A DNA stretch of 64,000 nucleotides from positions 1,184,001-1,248,000 of the forward strand of contig OY969926.1 of NCBI GenBank assembly GCA_963704645.1, read 5' to 3'. Of this stretch, positions 28,001 through 37,000 are shown in pieces. The translations under genes were made by a program, and so were the position numbers. Under the pieces are notes generated by a model that was given only the letters and a program-made list of their open reading frames with translations, did not search any database and was not told the DNA's origin. This DNA is from an uncultured bacterium. GTDB lineage: Bacteria; Patescibacteriota; JACMRA01. Every line of letters starts with the position of its first letter. Position 1 is the stretch's first letter.

Positions 28001-31000
28001 CAGAAGGAATGCTATCAGGATCAGCATTAGGATCAATATTAGAATCATTACTGGTAAAGGTAATCACCATCAAGCCTGAATTAGAGGTAATACTACTTGG
28101 TAGGTTGTTTCCAGAAAACTCTCCCAGAACTAAACTATCTGTGGTTAAACCATCATATACTTTAACAACATCCACACCTTCTTCAGTTTCTAGATTATTA
28201 AAATCTAGAGTTACAGATTCAGCGTTAACTGGAGCAATAATCCACCTACAATTAGAATTAATTCTATATGCAGAGCTACCAGAACTTACATTACCAGAAC
28301 TTTCTGAATAAGTTTCGGTGCCAGAACAATAATTTATTACAATATTAGTAACCGTTAGAGTTACTCTTGTAGAAGTATAAGTTGCTGAAACTTGAACAGT
28401 TTTATCACCATTTTGAAAAGTAGCAGATGAACCAGCTGGAAGGTTAGAAAATTCTCCTGTAATAACATTTCCATTGGTTGTTTCTATTAAGGTTCTAGTT
28501 TCTCCAACAGTATTTCCAAAGAAAGAAAGGTCTAATCTTGTTCCATTCAAATTTAAATTGGAACTTGTAATTGTAGTTTTATTGGTTGCCCAAGCTCCGT
28601 ATGATGAAGCTGAACCACCATTAAAGTTTATTCCATAAGCAGTAATCAGACCCGGTCTTTGCTGAATTGTGGATGAGTTATTTAAATTAATTGAACTATT
28701 AGGTACATTTAAATTTCCAAAAACCCAGATAGTTCCGTTATTAACGTCAACAGTTCCGTTTAAAGTTGTAGCTGAGGAATAATTTATTTCAAGAGTTCCG
28801 CTATTAAGTATAAAGTTTGGATCAATTTTTTGATTGGCAGTGAAAATTAAGTTAGATTGACCATTTTTAACAAAAGTACCAGTACCGTTTATATTTCCAC
28901 TGAATTGGCTATTCAAAGAATCACAGCCTGTAGTATAAGTTTTACCAGCGTTAATAGTAATATTTCCACTTCCTTCTATTTTGCAGCTGGTCACATTGGT
29001 GTTAAAAATAAAATCTCCGCTACCAGCAGTTGTGCTAATTCCAGCCGACACGTTTAAGTTGTTACCCGAAAGAATATATGGCTGTGAGTTTAGTGATTCA
29101 ACTACTACAGTGCTTAAGCTTAGCCCAACAATATCATTGTTCAAATTATACGTGGAAGCTGAGGATGGGAAAATTATGCTCGTTTCGCTGTTTGGAATAC
29201 TATCCTGGCAATTAGTCCAGTTTCCGCTATTTGAAAAATTGCTGTTGATACTACCTGTCCAAGTACAAATTCTACTAGCATACAAATAAGTAAGCCCAGT
29301 GTATTGAGTCCCGTCTCCATTTGTTAAAACAACGTTTACTAAACCAGGGGCGCGAGCAGGAGTAAGTGCAGTGATGGTAGTAGAGTTAACAGCAGTTACC
29401 GAACTAGCTGCTACTCCGTCAAACGTAGCAGATAATGAGCCTTGTATATTGATACTATTGCTAGCAGGGCTGGTTCTTTGTGTAGTGTCACCATAGCCTA
29501 GCTGACCAGCAAAATTGTATCCCCAACATTTTACATTTCCTGTGGAAAGTTGGGCGCATGTGTGATTATCTCCAGCGCTAACCTGTGTTGCTGTACCTCC
29601 TAAAACTAGGTCTAATCCTGGTGTATTTCGGTTTGTAGTGTTGCCATAACCTAATTGCCCATAACCATTGTATCCCCAACATTTTACGTTTCCAGTAGAA
29701 AGTATGGAACAAGTGTGATTGGCACCAGCTGTAAGCTGAATTGTGGCAGCTCCCAATGCTATATCAGCACCCGGTGTATTTCGGTTTGTAGTGTTGCCAT
29801 AACCTAATTGCCCGTAACCATTGTATCCCCAACATTTTACATTTCCTGAAGAAAGTAGAGCGCAGGTGTGGCTATCTCCAACAGTAATCTGAGTTGCAGT
29901 ACCTCCTAAATCTATATCTGATTCGGGACTGGTTCTTTGTGTAGTATCACCGTAACCTAGTTGGCCATAAGAATTATCTCCCCAGCATTTTACACTTCCA
30001 GTAGATAGTAGAGCGCAGGTGTGGTAAGTTCCAGAAATAATCTTAGTTGCAGCACCCCCTAAATCTACATCTGGCCCTGGAGTATCTCTTGAAGCAGTGT
30101 CGCCATAGCCTAGCTCGCCATAGTTATTATAACCCCAACACTTTACATTTCCAGAAGAAAGTAGAGCACAAGTACGATCTGTTGAAGTAATAATCTGAGT
30201 TGCAGCTCCCCCTAAATCTACATCTGGCCCTGGAGTGTTTCTGTCTGTATAATCACCATAGCCTAGTTGGCCCCATCCATTATAACCCCAACACTTCACA
30301 TTTCCAGAAGAAAGTAGAGCACAAGTATGTCTTTCTCCCGCACTAATCTGAGTTGCAGCTCCCCCTAAATCTAGGTCTGATCCTGCTGTATTTCTGTCCG
30401 TATCATCACCATATCCTAATTGGCCATATAGATTATATCCCCAACATCTTACTTTACCAGTTGAAAGTACTGTGCATGTGTGATTTTTTCCAGCACTAGT
30501 TTGAACCACTCTTGCTTGAGAAGTAAATCCTGCACCTGTAAAAGTTACACTAGAGCCTCCTGCTATGTTACCAGAGTTTGGAGTAATTGTTGGTAAAATT
30601 ACCGTTACATCACCACCATTAGCATAAACAGAGCCACTTCCGCTTGCACTGTACTGACTTGTAAGGGTTCCAGGGTTGCTACTCGTAGGAATATTGTTAC
30701 AAGTAATAGTTGGACCACTTGCCACCAAAGGACAGTTTACAACCACCCCAGATATTCCAATACGTACATTTACACTTCCTAAAAGAATATTTTGGTCTGC
30801 GCTGGTAATAATGGTACAGTTTACAGCTCCGTTCTCCATTACTGTGTTTGGGTTACAGGTTAAACTTGTAATATCCGAGTTAATTATAGGTCTTGGTACA
30901 GCGTAGGTATAAGCGTTATTTAAATTATAAACAGTACCATCTCCATTTGTTAAAACTACATTTACTAGTCCAGCAGCATGGGCAGGTGTAACTGCGGTGA

Positions 31001-34000
31001 TGGTAGTAGAATTGACTACAGTTACAAAGGATGCAGCCATTCCATCAAAAGAAGCAGATAAAGAACCTGGCATAGAAATGCTATTGCTAGCAGGACTGGT
31101 TCTACCTGTTAAATCTCCATAGCCTAGTTGACCATAAAAATTGCCACCCCAACATTTTACATTTGCAGAGGAAAGTAGTGCACAAGTCTGGTAAGCACCT
31201 GTACTAATTTGAGTTGCAACACCCCCTAATGCTATATCTTGCCCTGGTGTATTTCTGTTGGCAGTATTGCCATAACCTAGCTGGCCGTTAGAATTAAATC
31301 CCCAACACTTTAAGTTTCCAGTAGAAAGTAGAGCGCAGGTGTGATTAGTTCCACCAGAGACTAGAGTTGCAGTACTCCCTAAAGCTATATCTGGTCCTGG
31401 TAGATTTCTGCTTACATTGTCACCATATCCAAGCTCGCCATTTCCATTATATCCCCAACATTTTACGCTACCATTAGAAAGAACTGCACATGTGCGAATC
31501 TCACCAGCAAAAACTTGAGTTGCAGTGTTTCCTAAAGCTATATCCGGTCCTGGTAGGTTTCTGTTTGTATCGTCTCCGTAACCAAGCTCGCCGTAACCAT
31601 TGTATCCCCAACATTTTACGTTTCCAGTAGAAAGTAAGGCGCAAGTGTGAAATCTTCCAACACTAACCTGAGTTGCAGTAGCACCTAGAGCTATGTCTGG
31701 TCCTGGTAGATTTCTATTCGCAGTATCTCCGTAGCCTAGTTGTCCGTATTGATTGTTTCCCCAACATTTTACGTTTCCAGTAGAAAGTAAGGCGCAGGTA
31801 TGACTAGTTCCAGCGCTAACCTGTGTTGCAGTAGCGCCTAGAGCTATGTCTGGTCCTGGTAGGTTTCTTTGTACAGTATCACCATAGCCTAGCTGGCTAT
31901 TAAAATTAGCTCCCCAACATTTTACGTTTCCAGTAGAAAGAACTGCACAGGTGTAACGATTTCCAACACTCACCTGTGTCGCAGTAGAACCAAGGGCTAT
32001 ATCTGGTCCTGGTGAGTTTCTGTTTGTGGTGTTTCCATAGCCAAGTTGACCATTAGAATTCTCTCCCCAACATTTTACATTTCCGACAGATGTCAGAGCA
32101 CAAGTATGATATTCTCCAGCGCTTGTCTGAACCACTCTTGCCTGAGAAGTAAATCCGACACCTGTAAAAGTTACGTTAGATCCACCAGCTATGTTGCCAG
32201 AGTTTGGAGTAATCGTTGGTAAGATTACCTCTATATTTGCACCATCAGCATAAACAGAATTACTTCCGCTGGCACTGTACTGACTTGTAAGGGTTCCAGG
32301 GTTGCTGCCCACAGGAATGTTATTACAAGAAACAGTTGTGCCATTTGCAGCTACAGGACAGTTTACGACCGTACCAGAAGTGGTAATTCTTACATTCACA
32401 CTTCCTGAAAGAGTGGTTTGATCTACATTAGTTGTTATTGTACAATTTACTAAGGAATTAACATAAATTGTATTTGATGCGTTATTACACACTAAACTTG
32501 AAATATCTGAATTTTGGATTGGAATTTTAGCTGGCGCTATTACAATATCGTTACCGTTAACATAAACAGAATTACTTCCACTAGCACTATACTGGCTTGT
32601 AAGAGTTCCAGCGTTGCCGCCTAAAGGAACATTATTACAGATAATAGTTGAACCAATTACTGCTACAGGGCAGTTTACTACTGTACCAGAAGTTCCAATT
32701 CGCACATCCACACTTCCTAAGAAATTATTTTGTTCAATGTTGGTTGTTATAATACAGCTTACATTAAACTCAGCAAAAGAAGAACTTGGACTACACACTA
32801 AACTTGCAATATCTTCGTTAGTTATAGTTCTCGGCACTACGTAAGTATAAAGATCGTTTAAATTATAAACAGCACCGTCTCCATTTGTTAAAACAACGTT
32901 TACCAATCCTTCAGCATGGGCAGGAGTAACTGCTATAATAGTTGTGGGATTCACATAAGTCACTGAAGTTGCTGCTATTCCATCAAACGATAGAGATAGG
33001 AGGCTTTGTATAGAGATGCTATTATTAGCAGGGCTGGTTAACTCTGTAGTATTTCCATTACCTAGTTGGCCGTTAGAATTACCACCCCAACATTTTACGC
33101 TTTCATTAGAAAGGACAGAACAAACATGGCTAGACCCAACACTCACCTGATTTGCACTTAATCCTAATGCTATATTTGATCCTGGACTAGTTCTTCGTGT
33201 AGTATCACCATAACCTAGTTGTCCACTATAATTAGCACCCCAACATTTTACGTTTCCAGAAGAAAGCAAGGCACAAGTGTTGCTAAATCCAGTAGCAATC
33301 TGACTTGCAGTATCTCCTAGCGCTATATCTGAACCTGGAGTATTTCTTTGTGTAGTGTCACCATAGCCTAATTGACCTTCTCCATTATTTCCCCAACATT
33401 TTACATTACCGTTAGAAAGAAGGGCACAAGTGTGATTACTTCCAACATTAAGCTGAGTTACTGCACCTCCTAAAGATATATCTGGTCCTGGCAAGGTTCT
33501 ACTTGTAAAATCACCATATCCTAGTTGGCCGTTTCCATTATATCCCCAACATTTTACATTCCCAGTAGAAAGAAGGGCACAGGTGTGAGACTGTCCAGTC
33601 GTAACCATAGTTGCAGTAGCCCCTAAATCTACATCTGGTCCTGGAGAGCTTCTATCTATATTATCGCCATATCCTAATTGGCTATATCCATTGTAACCCC
33701 AACATTTTACATTACCATTAGAAAGAAGGGCACAGGTGTGAGACTGTCCAGTCGTAACCATAGTTGCAGTAGCTCCTAAAGCAATTTCTGGCCCTGGAAT
33801 AGTTCTTAAAGAAGTATCACCATATCCTAATTGGCCGTTTCCATTATATCCCCAACATTTTACATTACCATTAGAGAGTATTGCACAAGTGTGACTATCT
33901 CCAGCAACAACCATAGTTGCAGTAGCTCCTAAATCTACATCTGGTCCTGGTAGATTACTGTTTATAAAACTTCCAACACCAAGTTGGCCATAATAATTAG

Positions 34001-37000
34001 CACCCCAACATTTTACATTTCCACTTGAAAGAAGGGCGCAGCTATGATTAGCTCCAACACTGGTCTGAATTACTCTAGGCTGTGGAGTAAATCTGGTTCC
34101 ACTTAAAGTTACATTAGATCCTCCTACTGTAGAGCCAACATTTGGAGTAATTGTTATAGGTACAACCACTATATCATTTCCATTTGCATAAACAGGGCTG
34201 CTTCCACTAGCACTATACTGACTAGCAAATGTTCCACCATTATTTCCTACAGGAATATTATTACAAGTTATGGTTGTGCCACTTGGGACTAAAGGACAGT
34301 TTACTACAGTTCCAGAATCTCCTATACGTATATTCACGCTTCCAGAAAGAATATTTTGATCTGTGTTAGTTGTAGTAGTACAATTTACTGTAGTGTTTGC
34401 TACCGTAGGAGTTGGATTACAAACTAAAGCTGAGATATTAGAGTTTTGAATTGGTGTTATAGGTATAACAACTATATCATTTCCATTAGCATAAACAGAG
34501 CTGCTTCCGCTAGCACTATACTGACTAGCAAATGTTCCGCCGTTACTTCCTACATTAATATTATTACAAGTTATGGTTGTGCCACTTGGGACTAAAGGAC
34601 AGTTTACTACAGTTCCAGAATCTCCTATACGTATATTCACACTTCCTGAAAGTGTATTTTGATCTACATTGGTAGTTATGGTACAGTTTACGTTAGTGTT
34701 TGCTATTGCTGTAGTTGGAGTACAGGTTAGTGATGAAATGTTTGAGTTAACAACGTCTGGGGGTGCAGCATAAGTGTAAGCATTATTTAAGTTAAATGCA
34801 GCACCATCTCCATTAGTTAAGACCACGTTTACAAGCCCATCAGCATGAGCAGGTGTAACTGCAGATATGGTGGTAGGGTTAACTATAGTTACTGAGGTTG
34901 CAGCTATACCGTCAAACAAAGCAGATAAATTACCTAAAATAGAAAGACTATCACTTGCGGGGCTTGCCCTTCCTATAGTATCACCATAGCCTAGTTTTCC
35001 ATAAGAATTGTCACCCCAGCATTTTACACTATCAGCTGAAAGTACAGCACAGGTGTGATTTGATCCAGCAGCAACCTGAAGCGAGTTGGCTCCCAAAACT
35101 ATATCTTGTCCAGGCAAGGTTCTTAGTGAATAATCTCCATAGCCTAATTGGCCTGAAAAATTAGCACCCCAGCATTTTAATTTTTCATTTGATAAAAGGG
35201 CACATGTGTGGAAAGGTCCCACACTAATCTGCCTGGCATTAGCCCCTAAAGATAAGTCTGACCCTGGTACGCTTCTTGACGTAGTGTCACCATAGCCTAA
35301 TTGACCATAAGAATTGTCGCCCCAACATTTTGCTTTTCCAGAAGAAAGAATTGCACAGGTGGAACTTCCTCCAAGAGTAATTTTAGTTGCGGAAGTTGCT
35401 AAAACAATATCTGGCCCTGGTGCGTTTCTTGATGTAGTATCGCCATAACCTAGTTGGCCATAGAAATTACCACCCCAACATTTTATATTTCCTGAGGAAA
35501 GAATTGCACAGGTATGAACATCTCCGACGCTAACCTGAGTTGCAGCCGCTCCTAAATTTATATCTGAGCCTGGTGCGTTTCTTTGTGTGTTGTCACCGTA
35601 ACCTAACTGTCCAGAAAAATTAGCACCCCAACATTTTACACTTCCAGTGGAAAGAAGGGCACAGGTGTGAAACCTTCCAGCAATAATTTGAATTGTAGTG
35701 GCTCCTAAATTTATTTCAGAACCAGGTGCGTTTCTTTGCACAGTATCACCATAACCTAGCTCGCCATTTCCATTATATCCCCAACATTTTACATTTCCAT
35801 TTGAAAGAAGAGCGCAAGTATTATTTTCGCCGGTGCTAATCTGTGTGGCACTAACTCCTAAATTTATATCTGATAACGCGCTACTTCTGTTTGTAGTGTC
35901 TCCATAACCTAACTGGCCGTTTCCATTATATCCCCAACATCTTACATTTCCAGTAGATAGAAGGGTGCAAGTATGATTTTGACCGGCACTTGTCTGAACC
36001 ACTCTGGCCTGAGAAGTAAAACCAGTTCCAGTAAAAGTTACTGTAGTTCCCCCTACTGTATTACCAGAAGTTGGTGAAAGAGTTATGGGTATTACCGCTA
36101 CGTTGTTACCATTAGAGTAAACAGAATTGTTACCACTTCCACTATACTGACTTGCAAAAGTACCAGAATTAGCACCTACGGGAATATTGTTACAGGTTAT
36201 AGTTGTACCACTGGCGTTTACAGGGCAATTGACCACCAAACCAGAATCTCCGATACGAACATTTACACTTCCAGAAAGTTCATTTTGGTTTATGTTTGTA
36301 GTTATTATACAGTTTACAGTAGTGTTTATTATTGCTGTAGTTGGACTACAAGATAAGCTTGCAATATCCAAGTTATTTATATTTCTTGGAACAGCGTAAG
36401 TATAACCATTATTTAAATTATAAGTGGAGCTATCTCCATTTGTTAAGACTACATTTACTATTCCCTCAGAACGAGCAGGTGTAACTGCAGTTATTGTAGT
36501 AGAGTTAACATAAGTTACTGATGATGCAGCTATTCCATCAAAAGTAACAGTGAATGTAACTAGTACAGGAACAATATTAGCATCAGGGATATTTCTTTGT
36601 ATGGTATCGCCATAACCTAATTGCCCGTATTCATTATTACCCCAGCATTTTACATTACTAGTTGAAAGAACAGCGCAAGTATTGCCTCCTCCAGTACTAA
36701 TAAAAGCTGCAGCAGTTCCCATATTTATGTCGGGACCAGGTGCGTTTCTTTGAGAATAATCTCCATAGCCTAATTGGCCATTATAATTTTCGCCCCAGCA
36801 TTTCACGTTTCCATTAGAAAGTAAGGCGCATGTGTGATAGCTTGAAGTACTAATAGAAGTTGCATTAGCTCCTAAATTTATATCGGGACCAGGTGCGTTT
36901 CTTTGGGTGGTGTCACCGTAGCCTAGTTGACCACTAGAATTAGCACCCCAGCATTTTACATTTTCGGTAGAAAGCAAGGCGCAAGTATGATAGAATCCAG